This document shows, piece by piece, positions 1 to 12,349 of a DNA stretch of 64,000 bases. Positions within the stretch are counted from its first letter, which is position 1. Every line of letters starts with the position of its first letter. The notes beneath the pieces were generated by a model. It was not told the origin of the DNA, made no database searches, and saw only the letters and a list, made by a program, of their open reading frames with translations. This DNA is from Squalus acanthias. Lineage: Eukaryota. The position numbers and the translations under genes were made by a program. The stretch covers positions 186,001 to 250,000 of the forward strand of contig JASTWF010000180.1 of the NCBI GenBank assembly GCA_030390025.1. Direction: 5' to 3'.

Positions 1-83
1 AGCTGGTGCTCTCGGCTCTTTCTATTTGATGTTCTGTCGGTTCCTGAGACACAAAAGTACCCTCCAATTCCGGAGCAGCAAAA

Positions 84-1172
84 ATGCGGCTCCCCGTTCT
101 CGCAGTGGTGTGGGTGACATTCATTTTCGGTAAGAAGTTTATAACTTTTAAAAGGGATTCATTTCTAGAGGAATACAATTGAAAAGCAGAGCGGTTACAT
201 TAAACTTGTATCGAACCTTGGTGAGAACAGACTTGGATTCCTCTGCACAATACTGATCTCCATATTACACAAAGACATGGAGGCACTGGAGAAGGTGCAA
301 CAAAGATTCACAAGGACGATACCAGAACTGAGAGATTATAACTTCAGTAAAGATTCAACAGGCTGGGGCTCTTTACTCCAGGAAGGAACTGCTTAGGCGC
401 GACCAGATACACATCTTTAAAATTACGAAGGTGATTGATAGGGTAGACGTAGAGAATATGTTTCCACTTGTGGTGGAGTTCAAAACGCGGCGGCAGAAAT
501 ATTAGATAATCACAAAAAAATCAATTAGGAAATTCAGTAGAAACGTCTTGACCAAGGTTAGAATGTGGAACTCGTTCCCACAAAGTGTCGTTGAGGCGAA
601 CAGCATAGATGCGTTTTAGGGGAAGTTAGATAAACGCATGAGGGAGAAAGGATTTGAGCGATATGCTGATAGGGGGAGATGAAGAAGGTTGGGTGGAGGA
701 TCCTGTGGAGCATAAACACCGGCATAGACCAGTTGGCCGAATGACCTACTTCTGTTCTGTAAATTCTATTTAATTTTATGTAAAACTCGCTGCGCATTTT
801 CACCGACAGTTCGGTCAAATTTGAACCTTTAATCGATGAGTTCCGCTTTCTTTAACTGTGTTTTCCAGATCTGAGCGATGGAGATTCTGTGACTCAGCGG
901 GAGCCCTCGCTCACACAGACAGAGGGAGAAGATGCCACTTTAACCTGCACCTATCCCGGAGATGGTTATTACTTGTTCTGGTACCGCCAATACCCAGGCA
1001 GACAGCCCGAATTTGCAGTCCAGAGGTACACGAGCGGCAGTACTGAACATAAGGCGGATTTCGCTCAAGGCCGGTTTTATGATGCAGTCCGGCAGTCAGA
1101 CAAGTTGTACCGATTGACCATCTCGGGTCTGCGGCTGACTGACACCGCGGTGTATTACTGTGCACTGAGGCT
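84..1172 (+). CDS. TRAV/DV: TCR alpha/delta V segment, family A copy A1, apparently functional (leader exon 84-129, V exon 869-1172)
   Basis: Leader MRLPVLAVVWVTFIF plus phase-1 GTAAG donor; TTCCAG acceptor; open V exon DLSDGDSVTQ...LTC...WYRQ...DTAVYYCALR with canonical Cys/Trp/Cys; followed by a 23-RSS. Confidence 0.92.
190..760 (+). mobile_element. Decayed CR1 LINE 3' fragment filling the family-A leader intron; equivalent copy in all eight A introns
   Basis: Degenerate VRPHLEYC..FW, RFTRxIP and RVVxxWNSL motifs and a CR1-type 3'UTR (GGCCGAATGACCT); boundaries approximate. Confidence 0.75.
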
Positions 1173-1211
1173 CACAGTGATGGGAACGAGCTAAAGCCTC
1201 GTACAATAACT
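1173..1211 (+). other. 23-RSS of A1
   Basis: CACAGTG + 23 nt + ACAATAACT. Confidence 0.95.
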
Positions 1212-1708
1212 GCCGCAGGTTTCTGGGTCACAGCTGCTGCCTGTTGTGGGCTGTTTATCACAGCGGGTCAGACACTGATTCGTGACTACATTCCTGTGTG
1301 CGCAGACCCCGAGCAGAATCCACATCAAACTCATATAAAACCGTTCACATCGAATACTGATTCCGTCTGATTATTGTATTAACTGTGAGAGGGCAGCATT
1401 GGCTGCTGTTTATTTGTGTATCTTTGGGAACTCGCCAGTCCCATTGAGAATAAAGACACCTGTGGGTACTGGAACTGGTTATATCGATGCACCGCTGCTT
1501 CGGATATAACGCACGGCAAACGGGACAAATAATGATTGGTTTAAAATATCAGTCTACAGTGTAGACAGAGATAGGTGGTGTGCGTAAGTTCGCAATAATT
1601 CTAATAACGATAATAAGCAATTCTCAATATTAAAGACACTTAACACATATTAACGTTAATGATCTTCTATATTCGCAGGTTCCAGGAGGTCACATTCAGG
1701 ACAAAATT

Positions 1709-2945
1709 AGAACCTATGAAATAGGAGCAGGAATCTGTCATTTGGCTCTTCGAACTTGCTCCGCCATTCAACAAGATCATGGCTAATCTTCCAGCTCAAC
1801 TCCATCTTCCCGCACTATCCCCATATCCCTTAATTACCTTCGTTCCCAAAAATTTATCGACCACTGTCTTGAATATACTCAACGATCGAGCATCCACAGC
1901 TCTCTGGGATACAGAATTCCAAAGATTCACAACCCTTTGAGTGAAGAACTTTCTCCTCATCTCAGTCCTAAATGTCCTATCGCTTATTCTGTGACTGTGA
2001 GCCCGTGTTCTAGATTCCCCAGCCAGGGGGAACATTTACCCCGCATTAACCCTGTCAAGCCGTTTAAGAATTTTATACGTTTAAATTAGATCACCTCTCA
2101 TTTTTCAAAACTCGAAGGAATATAGGCTAGTCTACTCAATCCCTCCTCATAGGGCAGTCCCCACATCCCACGAACCAGTCTAGTGAACCTTCGCTGCACT
2201 CCCTCTAAGGCAAGTATGTCTTTCCTTAGGTAAGGAGACCAAAACTGTACACGGTACTCCAGGTGTGGCCTCTCGAATGCCCTGTTTAATTGTACTAAGG
2301 CTTCTTTACACTTATACTCTAATCTCTTTGTAACAAAAACTAACATACCATTTGCTTTCCTAAATGCTTGCTGTACCTGTGTGTAAAATTTCTGTGATTC
2401 ATGTACAAGGACATCCAGGTCCCGCTGACTGCAAACATTTCCTAGCCTCTCAACATTCAAAAAATATTACGCTTTTTTGTTTTACCTACCAAAGTGGATA
2501 ACTTCACATTCCCCACATTATATTCCATTTGCCATGTTCTTGCTCACTCAGCCAACCGGTCTATATCCCGAAAATGACCCTTTTATTCCTACTCTCTGTT
2601 TTCTGTCCATTAACCAATCCTCAATCCATGCTAATATATTACCCCAAGACCATGAGTACAAATTTCTGTAATTCACTTTTGTTTGGCACCTTATCGAAAG
2701 CTTTTTCAAAATCAAAATACAGTACATCCACTGGTACCCCCTTATCCATCCTACTAGTTACATCTTCAAAAACTGTGACAGATTTGTCAAACAAGATTTC
2801 CCTTTCATAAAACCACTTATATACCTAATCATATTATGATTTTCTAAGTGCCGTAATAATAGATACTAGCATTTTGCCTACTAGTGATGTCAGGCTAACT
2901 GGCCTGCAGTTCACCATTTTTTCTCATTCTCCTCTCTTAAATAGC
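1709..2945 (-). mobile_element. CR1 LINE, 5'-truncated and internally deleted
   Basis: Minus-strand ORF fragments QRDLDVLVH, RPHLEYRVQFWSPYLRKD, FFTQRVVNLWNS. Confidence 0.9.
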
Positions 2946-3037
2946 TGATGAACACACATTGATCGACTAATAATCTGTAGGACAGATGTGGTGTGTTCTA
3001 TGCACCAGACCAGATAGTCAGAAGACTGTGACTGTGA

Positions 3038-3331
3038 CTGCTGACTGTGCCAATACACATAATGTGCAGCACCGCTTGTTGTCAAGATGTAGGTTAGTGT
3101 GACATTACTTTCCTCCTCAACCGTCATTTCCGGATCCGGCTGTTCCACTGTGTCTTGGTGGCTCTATTCTGACATAAAATAATAGCAATAGTGATTATCA
3201 TCACTATCATCACTGGACCAATAATAACGTCTGGGTTGTAGCAGTCAGGGGGAGAATGGATTTTAACTGGGGAGGAAATAATTACTGGTAAGTGATATAA
3301 TGATGAGGAGAGGTGCCACACGGTTCCGCAT
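3038..3331 (-). pseudogene. Inverted family-D V remnant (leader 3286-3331, V exon 5' half 3038-3168)
   Basis: Leader MRNRVAPLLIIISLT; V half has W>TAG and Cys23>Tyr, breaks off after W(H)SQQ, no RSS; homologous to 27031-27529. Confidence 0.85.
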
Positions 3332-4297
3332 GATGGTCCCTCAGTCTGTAACTCTGCAGTCCGGGAAATCCTCTGTCGGAGCAGAAATACAGATCTCTGC
3401 CGCACTGCACTGCTGATCACACCAATGCCAAACAAGGAACAGCGGCAACAACTCTCCAATAGGACAGTGCAGGCAAGGCGCTTCAGAGCGAGAGCAGGAA
3501 ACGGAAGCTGTAGGCGGGGCTGCAGAAGACTCAAAATTGAGCGAAACCAAGTCTCTGTTTCACGACAGAAATTCCGCTATGCCGCTCAGCTGCACTCGGA
3601 GTTGATGGAGCGGAAAGGGCGTGGCTGTGCCTCGAGAATTCTGTGGTCAACCTGCTCCTGTTCACTGAGCAAGTGACTGGGAATAAATAGAGGTGGAGGG
3701 AAATGAAGGGATGGCAGCGCTTCAGAAATAATGACCGCGTTAAGCCGCTCGAATCTAGAGTTTTGATACACAATATCTGGCACACGTTGTTTTTATATAT
3801 GATCAATAAACCCAAAATCCCCTCAATGGCCTTATTCTAAATCGGATTGAACAAAATCCGCCAGCAGAGAGCGCCAAACTCAAGCATTGTAATTAGAAAG
3901 CCACGTGATGCAAACAGCAAAGCCAATAATGTTCGAAGCCTGAGTGAGGTCATAATTGGGCCTACCCCCTGCAGTGTGTAGGTGGAACAATGAGCTGAAC
4001 AGGCCCCGGGTTACCGCTCTCCTTCTCAATCTCTGCATTATTCCATTCCAAATCACTGTGAGAGATTTAATCAGACATGTTTTCATAATACTGGCGGCTG
4101 TGATGCACAGTAAGTACTGGATTATATTTAAAAAACACAGGTCAGCACATTGAAGCAAAGAGTTTGTGCAGGGCATCAGAAATATCCATATGATGCACAG
4201 TTTGGAACATTGGCGGTAACACACACTCACACAGATAGACGCAAGTTTAAAACGATACTGTTCAAACTCATGTTCTTCTGTTCCCCTTTCTTATCAG

Positions 4298-4590
4298 GCC
4301 GATTATGTGTAGATCCAGCAACTCAGTTTCCGGTGACAATTGCCGTGTCAGCACGGTGTTCGGTGCAGTTAGACTGCTAATATACAACCCTGGATATTGA
4401 CTACACCCAATGATATCGGCAGAGACCGGCACAGCCTCCAAGCCGGATAATTAGCAGAGCAGCAGCACTGAACGGCGTCGAAATCTCGCGACAATATCTG
4501 GAGGCTGTTGATAAGTCTAGAAAGTATCGTTACCTCAATATAAGCGCCCTGAATGTCGGTTACGGTGCGGTTTAAAACTGTGCAGAATGA
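4298..4590 (+). pseudogene. Family-C V pseudogene C1
   Basis: DPATQFPVTIAVSARCSVQLDC then TAA (4378-4380); Trp>TGA; heptamer decayed (TAGAGCG) but nonamer ACAAAAACC remains at 4622-4630. Confidence 0.85.
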
Positions 4591-5575
4591 TAGAGCGTCA
4601 GATAAAAACAAAGGCCCCCGTACAAAAACCTCAGCGAGTATTTACAGCTCCATTGGGTCTGGATGGTAACATTTAAACGGCCTTTGGTGAGCTGTCATCG
4701 GGGTAGCGAGGCACCAGTCACAGTCTGTTTACCAATAACCTGCTGATGGTCTGTATCTCAAACGGGAATATTGATTCAAATTCAAACAGAAGCGTGAGGC
4801 GAGGTTACAGGGAACACCGTCAACCGGCCATTGTTGACAACTATTTTCCAATATTACAAGCGTAACTTTACATACTCCTTCTTTCTTTCTGTTATTCATT
4901 TTTCCATCTAATTATCTCTCATATCTAGATATATATATATCTGTGTGTGTGTGTGATTGAGAGAGATAGCGACAACCACACAGAGGTGTGCACACACAGA
5001 ACGCTCTCAGCAATTTCTGAGGATCAAACTGATGCATTATCTCTCTGTACATGACTGCAAACGTTCTGTAGGACACAGCCTTCCTGTCTAAAGAGGGATT
5101 CAATAAAAATAATCGATATTTAGCTAAAAGGAGAAATTTAGAGGGCTATAGGAAAACAGCAGTTATGTGGCACAAATCAAAAAGCCGACACTGGCACGAT
5201 GGGCCGAATGGCCTCATTCTTTGCTGTATCATTGTTGGAATGAGCAGATAAGGCAAGTTAAAGAGACACAAGGCTGCGACTTCGACCCAGGAGAACAGTC
5301 ATCGTGTAGTTTCAGGCTCTGACCACTTGGTGGCTCCGTGGAGCGAATTTCTGCAGTCTCTGGTTCGCTTTTTGCTGTATTAAAATTACAGTTACTCTCC
5401 CCGATGAAGCTAAGAGCAGCTCAGTACTGTCTATGCAAAATGCCACTGCTACATGCAATGAACTAAAAAACTAAGGAAGGGGGACAATTTCCCTGTTTAC
5501 TGATTGCAGCAAATGGTAAATCCTTCTACGAAGATTTCCTCTGGTCGCTCTGTCTAAATGAACCTTAAAGAAATT

Positions 5576-5696
5576 TATTTGATTTCCTGCTGTCTCCAGT
5601 TCTGATGAAAGGTCCTCGACCTGAAACGTTTACCCTGTTTCTCTCTCCACGGATGCTGCCTCGCCTGCTCAGTTTTTCCAGCGTTTTCTGTTGTTA
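5576..5696 (+). mobile_element. 121-bp Penelope-terminal-derived insertion with a hammerhead-like motif
   Basis: Flanked by 12-bp direct repeat CTTAAAGAAATT (5564-5575, 5697-5708); empty site in the paralogous flank near 51894; matches the 3' end of the Penelope element at 29745-29850. Confidence 0.8.
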
Positions 5697-5993
5697 CTTA
5701 AAGAAATTAAGTTGTTCAATAATATTGAGTGTCTGATTTCCCTAGAACTGCCGATCAGAGGAATGTCCATTGAAACATTTCGGATGTTGCTGCACACACA
5801 TCAGTGACCACAGCAATTCTCCCCACTCCCTTATGGTGTGAAATTATCACAAACGGATGTGACATGGTTGCAGAGTTACTTCCCTTTCTAAGCTTACCAC
5901 AGGGTTAAATAGTTCAGCCTGATCCGGTACTGGTGGCAGTTTTTGCCACAGTAGTGAAGAGCTCGATGCTCATATTGTGACCCCCGGAGAGCG

Positions 5994-6412
5994 ATGTGTT
6001 TCCCTGTTTATTTCAGTGTGGTGTTGGCGCTCTCTCTGCTGTGTAAGTACATGAGGAATCTGATTAAAAAAATACCAATAGGTCCGGTTAGAGGCGAGGA
6101 TATTTGGAAATGTTCACTTTCTCTTCCAGCCTACAGCGTTTGCGGCGAATCCGTGCATCAAGACTTTGCGACCAGGACTGTGCGGGAAGGATAAACGGTG
6201 ACGCTGAATTGTAGCTTTACAACAACATATACAAACCCTGGTCTTTTCTGGTACCGGCAGATTCCCGGTCGAGCCCCAGTAAACGTGTTGTTTATCACCA
6301 AAAACAACACGTTGCCAGGCGACTTCGCCAAGGACCGTTTCACAGCAGAGCTGAGCGCAGAAGAGGGCGCGGTCCGGCTGACAGGCGCCGTGTATTACTG
6401 CGCTCTGAGAGC
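5994..6412 (+). pseudogene. Family-B V pseudogene B1 (leader 5994-6042, V exon 6130-6412)
   Basis: Leader MCFPVYFSVVLALSLL with GTAAGT donor; in-frame TAA at 6192-6194; 8-codon FR3 deletion; RSS CACAACT-23-AGAAATACT at 6413-6451. Confidence 0.88.
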
Positions 6413-7399
6413 CACAACTGCACAGCTCTGTGCCCGTCCTGTAGAAATACTGCAGCACACCGCGTGTAAATAAAACAGTGTGTGGCTGGAATACCTGCCT
6501 GTGATGGTCTCATTCGGACAGTTACTGTCAGGACAGAATATTCCCACAGGACAGCTCCCAACAGCTCTGAAGAGAGGAGTATGATTGTAGATTTCATTCA
6601 CTCTATAATGAGGGATGAACAGGAGGTAACCCGCGCAGGTTTAATCGGCCAATGTACCGTGTAATGTGTGTAAATTTCAAGTTTCCCTCTCACTGCCGCT
6701 GTGCTTTTATTTCATTTTCACACCCCTTAAACCAGCACAGAAGTGTGCAGCTTTGCTTCGGTTTGGGATTATATTCAAAGGGCTCTAAACCTTCCCTTTT
6801 CTGAGTGTTGGTTTAATTTCTGTCGGTGTGTGACGGCTCACCGAGAGCAATAATTTCATTCTCCTTTAACATTCGTATTTACACAGAGCTGTCCACTCAG
6901 TGGTAGAATTCCTCTGGTCGCTACTTCTAGTGGCATAGTGAACGCGTTCTAAAAGAATGAATGACGATTCTCCTAAACTAGCGATCAGACGAGATTTCCC
7001 GCTGTGTTTCGGGTGTCGCTAACGCAGGGAGACCAGATGAAATCATCCCCTTGTTTGTCCCCAGCAGAAGGTAAATCAAACCCGACCTCCTGTCAACCAC
7101 CACAGTCTGATTACTGACAGTGAGAGAAACAAACTAAACATTTTCATCTACATTCAGATAGTTCTTACCACTTTGAAGCTCCTTTCCTCAGAGATGAAGC
7201 TGTCTCTCAGTTCAATTAGTGATCAAGCTGTTACTTGTGTCAATTGGAGAGCAAACTGGCTCGGGTCCGTTAGAGATCAAGATGTCTCCCAGATCAATTA
7301 TAAATTTAGCTGTCTCTTTTTATTGGTATTTCTCGCTCCGATCAGCAGAATGTGAGGTTCGTAGATGACTCAGTTCTCTGCGATAAACACATACTTGTG

Positions 7400-7590
7400 G
7401 TTCAGGGAAATGACGTCAGGCCAGACCGAGCCGGCGCTCTCAGTTTTTCTGATTGAAGTTGTGCAGGGAGTGACGTCAGACCAACCCCATCCCGTGCTCT
7501 CAGTTTTTCTGATGGATGTTCTGCAGGAAATGAGGTCAGACCAGCCCCAGCCGGCGCTCTCGGCTTTATCTATTTGACGTTCTGCAGATT
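7400..7590 (+). promoter_or_regulatory. Family-A promoter: about 61-bp tandem repeats with an ETS-like CAGGAA next to a CRE TGACGTCA
   Basis: TGACGTCA at 7411 and 7471; AGTGACGTCA at 7469-7478; same module upstream of every A leader; function inferred from motifs only. Confidence 0.6.
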
Positions 7591-7631
7591 TCTGCTACAC
7601 AAAAACTCCCTCGAATTACGGAGTAGCAGCC

Positions 7632-8697
7632 ATGCAGCTCTCCTTTCTCGCTGTGGTCTGGCTGACATTTATTTTCGGTAAGAAGTTTATAACTTCTAAA
7701 AGGGTTTTATTTCTCGAAGACTACAGTTGAAAACCAGAGAAGTTGTGTTCGCCTTTGGTGAGACAATACTTGTACCGTGATCTTATCTGGTCTCCATGTT
7801 ATAAAAAATATATAGCGGCACTGGCGAATGTTGAACAAAATTACACGGATGATAAAAGAACTGAGAAATCATAACTATCAGCAAAGACTAAGCAAGCTGG
7901 GGCTCTTTTCTTTAGAAAAGAGAAGGCTGAGAGGTAACCTGATAGAGATCTTTAAAATTATAAAGGGATTGATAGGATAGACGTAGAGAATATGTTTTCA
8001 CTTGTGGGGAATTCCAAAACCAGCTGCCAGAAATGTAACAAAATCATAAAAAAAATCCAACAGCGAATTCTGGAGAAACTTCTTTACCCAGAGAGTGTTG
8101 AGAATGTGGAACTCGTTAACACAGGGAGTGGTTGAGACGAATAGCATAGATAAAGTTAAGGGGAGGCTGGATAAGTACATGAGGCAGAATTAGCAGAAAG
8201 ATATGCTGATATGGTTAGATGAAGGGTGGGTGGGAGTATACACACGGACATAGAGCAGTTTGCCGAATGACCTATTTCTGTGATGTAAATTATTTTTAAT
8301 TTTATGTAAAACTCACTGCGCATTTTCATCGTTAGTTGGTTCAGTTTGACCTTTTAACCGATGAATTCCGCTTTCTTTAACCGTGTGTTCTAGATTTGAG
8401 CGATGGAGATTCTGTTACTCAGCGGGAGCCCTCGCTCACACAGACAGAGGGAGAAGATGCCACTTTAACCTGCACCTATTCCGCCGCTGGTTATTATTTA
8501 TACTGGTACCGCCAATACCCAGGCAGACAGCCCGAGTTTGCAGTCCGGAGGTACACGGACGGCGGTTATGAATATCAGGCGGATTTCGCTCGAGGCCGGT
8601 TTTCTGATACAGTCCAGCAGTCAGAGAAGTTGTACAGATTGACCATCTCGGGGCTGCGGCTGACTGACACCGCGGTGTATTACTGTGCACTGAGGCT
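7632..8697 (+). CDS. TRAV/DV: TCR alpha/delta V segment A2, apparently functional (leader 7632-7677, V exon 8394-8697)
   Basis: Leader MQLSFLAVVWLTFIF; GT/AG intact; open V exon with C-W-YYC; RSS CACAGTG-23-ACAATAACT at 8698-8736. Confidence 0.92.
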
Positions 8698-9021
8698 CAC
8701 AGTGATGGGAATGAGTTGAAGCCTCGTACAATAACTGCCGCTGGTTTCTGGGTCACAGCTGCTGTCTATTGTGGGCTGTTTATCACAGCGGATCAGACAC
8801 TGACTCCTGAATACATTCCTGTGCGCGCAGACCCCGAGCACAAACCATATAAAACCGTTTACATCGAATACTGATACCTCCTGATTATTCGATTACTGTG
8901 TGAGGGCAGAAATGGCTGCTGTTTATTTGTGTATCTCTGGGAACTCGGCAGTCCCATTGAGAATAAAAACACCTGCGGTTACTGGAGCTGGTTATATCGA
9001 TGCACCGCTGCTTCGGATATA

Positions 9022-11518
9022 ACATAAGAAATAAGAGCCAGGATTAGGCCATTTGGCCCATCGAGCCTGGTCCGCCATTCAATAAGATCATCTCCACTTT
9101 CCTGCACTATCCCCATAACCCTTGATTTACTTAATAATCAAAAATCTATCGATCTCAGTCTTGAATATACTCAACGACTAAGCCTCCACAGTCCTCTGGG
9201 GTAGAGAGTTCCAAAGATTCACCACCCACTGAGTGAAGAAATTTCTCCTCATCTCAGTCCCAAATGGCCGACCTCTTATTCTGAGACTGTGACCCTTGGT
9301 TCTAGAGACATAGAAACATAGAAGATAGGAGCAGCAGTAGGCCATTCGGCACCTATAGCCTGCTCCGCCATTCAATGCGATCAAGGCTGATGATCCAAAT
9401 TCAGAACCCTGTCCCTGCTTTCTCCCCATATCCCTTGATCCCTTTTGCCTTAAGAAATATATCCAATTCCTTCTTGAATATATTTAATGAATTGGCCTCT
9501 ACTGCCTTCTGTGGTAGAGAATTCCACAGGTTCGCCACTCTCTGGGTGAAGAAATTCCCCCTCATTTCTGTCCTAAATGGCTTACCCCTTATCCTTAGAC
9601 TGTGACCCCTGGTTCTGCAATCCCCGACCATCGGGAACATCCTTCCTGCATCTAGTCTGTCCTGTCCTGTCAGAATTTTAGAAGTTAAAATGAGATCCCC
9701 ACTCATTCTTCTAAACTCCAGCGAGTATAAGCCCAATCGACCCAATCTCTCCTCATACGTCATCCCTGCCATCCCAGGTATCAGCCTGGTGAATCTTCGC
9801 TGAACTCCTTCCATGGCAAGAACCTCCTTCCTCAGATAAGGCGACCAAAACTGCACACAATACTCTAGATGTGGTCTCACCACGGGCCCTGTACAACTGC
9901 AGCAAGACAACCTTGTTGCTGTACTCAACCCCTCTCGCTACGAAAGGCAACATACCATTTGCCTTCTTAACCGCCTGCTGCACCTGCATGCTTACCTTCA
10001 GCGACTGGTGCACAAGGTCACCCAGGTCCCGTTACACTTCCCCTTCTCCCAATCTATTGCCATTCAGGTAATAATCTGCCTTCCTGTTTTTGACACCAAA
10101 GCGGATAACCTCGCATTTATGCACGTTATATTACATCTGCCATGCTTCTGCCCAATCACCCAACCTGTCCAATTCATCCTGGAGTTTCTCGGCATCCTCC
10201 TCACAGCACACACGCCCACCCAGCTCTGTGTCGTCTGCAAACTTGGAGATATTACATCTAGTTCCCTTCTCTAGATCATTAATATATGTTGTGAATAGCC
10301 GGGGTCCAAGGACCGATCCCTGCGGTACCCCACTAGTCACTGCCTGACACTCGGAAAAATACCCGTTTATTCCAACTCTTTGCATTCTGTCAGACAACCA
10401 GTTCTCTATCCAAGTCAATACCTTGCCCCCAATACCATGTGCCTTAACTTTACACGCTAATCTCTCATGCGGGACCGTATCGAAAGCATTTTTATAGTCC
10501 AAATACACCACATCAACTGGTTCTCCCTTACTATTTTAGCAGTTACATCCTCAAAAAATTCCAGCAGATTAGTCAAGCACGATTTACCTTTTGTAAATCC
10601 ATGTTGACTTTGTCCGATCCTGTCACTGTTTTCCACATGCTCTGCTATTACATCTTTCATAATGGACTCTAGCATTTTCCCCACAAACGATGTCAGGCTA
10701 ACCGGTCCTTAATTCCCCGTTTTCTCTCGACCAACTTTTTTGAATAGTGGGGTAACATTAGCTACCCTCCAATCCATGGGTACTGTTCCAGATTCCATCG
10801 AATGTTGGAAGATGATCAGCAATGCATCTACTATTTCTAGGGCCACTTCTTTAAGTACGCTAGGATGTAGATTATCAGGCCCTGGGGATCTATCGGCCTT
10901 CAATCCCGCCAAATTCCCTAACACCATTTCCTTACAAATACTGTTTTCTTTCAGTTCCTCCCTTTCATCAGACCCTATGTTCCCCGACATCTCTGGGGAA
11001 CATAGGGTCTGATGAAAGGGAGGAACTCCCCAGCCAGGGGAACCATCCTCGCTGCATCTACCCACTCAAGCGCTGTAAGAATTTTGTATGTTTCAATGAG
11101 ATCGCCTCTCATGCTTCTAAACTCTAGAGCATATAGGCCAAGTCTACTCAATCTCTCCTCATAGGACAATCCCCCCATCCTAGGAACCAGTCTGGTGAAC
11201 CTTCGTTGCACTGCCTCTATGGCAAGTATATCTTTCCTTCGGTAAGGATAGCAGAACTGTACACAGTATTCCAGGTGTGGTCTCACCAGGGTCATATATA
11301 ATTGCAGTAAGATGGCTGTACTCTTCTACACATATCATCTTGTAAAAATGACAACATAACACTTGCTTTCCTAATTGCTTGCTGTACCTGCATGTTAACT
11401 TTCAGTGATTCATGTACAAGGACACCCAGATCCCTCTGAACACCAACATTTCCCAATCTGTCAACATTTCAAAAATACTCTGCTTTTCTATTTCTCCACA
11501 TTATATTCCATTTGCCGT
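9022..11518 (-). mobile_element. Nested CR1 LINEs (outer about 9022-9307 plus 11024-11518; inner about 9308-11027)
   Basis: RT motifs YLDYKNAFDTVPH, GVPQGSVLGP, KFADDT; inner element starts with its own (CATAGAAA) tail and interrupts the outer one, which is uninterrupted at 43524-44540. Confidence 0.9.
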
Positions 11519-11869
11519 GTAATGTGTGTTCAATTTCAAGTTTCCCTCTTCACTGCCGCTGTGCTTTTTTTCATCATTACACCCCTTAAACCAGCACAGA
11601 AGTGTACAGCTTTGCTTAGGTTTGGGATTATCTTGAAAAGGCTCCAAACCTTCCCTTTTCAGAGTGTTGGTTTAATTTCTGTCGGTGTGTGACTGCTCAC
11701 CGAGAACAATAATTTAATTCTCCTGTAACATCCGTGTTTGCACCGAGGTGTCCACTCTGTGGTAGAATTCCTCTGGTCGCAACTTCTGGTGTCATAATAA
11801 ACGCGTTCTAAAAGAATGAAGGACGATTCTACTAAACTAGCGATCAGACGAGATTTCCCGCTGTGTTTG

Positions 11870-12035
11870 GCTGTCTCTCAGGTCAATTAGAGATCAAGCT
11901 GTCTCTCAGGTCAGTTAGAGATCAAGCTCTCTCTGAGGTCAGTTTGAGATCAAGCTGTCTCTCGGGTCAATTAGAGATCAAGCTGTCTCCAGGCAATTCG
12001 AGATCAAGCTATCTCTCAGGTCAATTAGAAATCAC
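11870..12035. repeat. 28-bp tandem repeat upstream of family-A promoters
   Basis: Unit TCAATTAGAGATCAAGCTGTCTCTCAGG, about 5-6 copies; also near 18895-19060 and 53068-53205, and degenerate near 7190, 19575, 33670, 41695 and 60485. Confidence 0.8.
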
Positions 12036-12349
12036 CCTGTGTCTTTTTCTAAGTCTTTCTCGCTCTGATCAGCAGAATGAGACGTTAATGTCTCAGTTCT
12101 CTGATTTAAACTAGTGGTTAAGGACTTGACATTAGACCAGCCCCAACCGGTGCTCTCAGCTCTTTCTGATTGATGTTTAGCAGGAAGTGACGGCTGACCA
12201 GCCCCAGGCGACCCTCTCAGCTCTTTCTCATCGATGTTCCGCAGGAAATGACGGCAGACCAGTCCGAGGCGACGCTCCCAGTTCATTATATTTGATGTTC
12301 TGCAGGTACCTGAGACACAAAAAGTCCCTCCAATTCCGGAGCAGCAGTA

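Noticed and set aside
911-1165. Recurrent antisense and alternate-frame ORFs over family-A exons (MHSNTPRCQ..., MCSRFERWRF...)
   Set aside because: Shadows of the duplicated V exon; their recurrence reflects paralogy, not independent coding
3024-3050. Repeated CACAGTC on the minus strand at the D-remnant breakpoint as a cryptic RSS (germline RAG cut)
   Set aside because: No nonamer at 12 or 23 nt; better explained as a short GACTGT duplication
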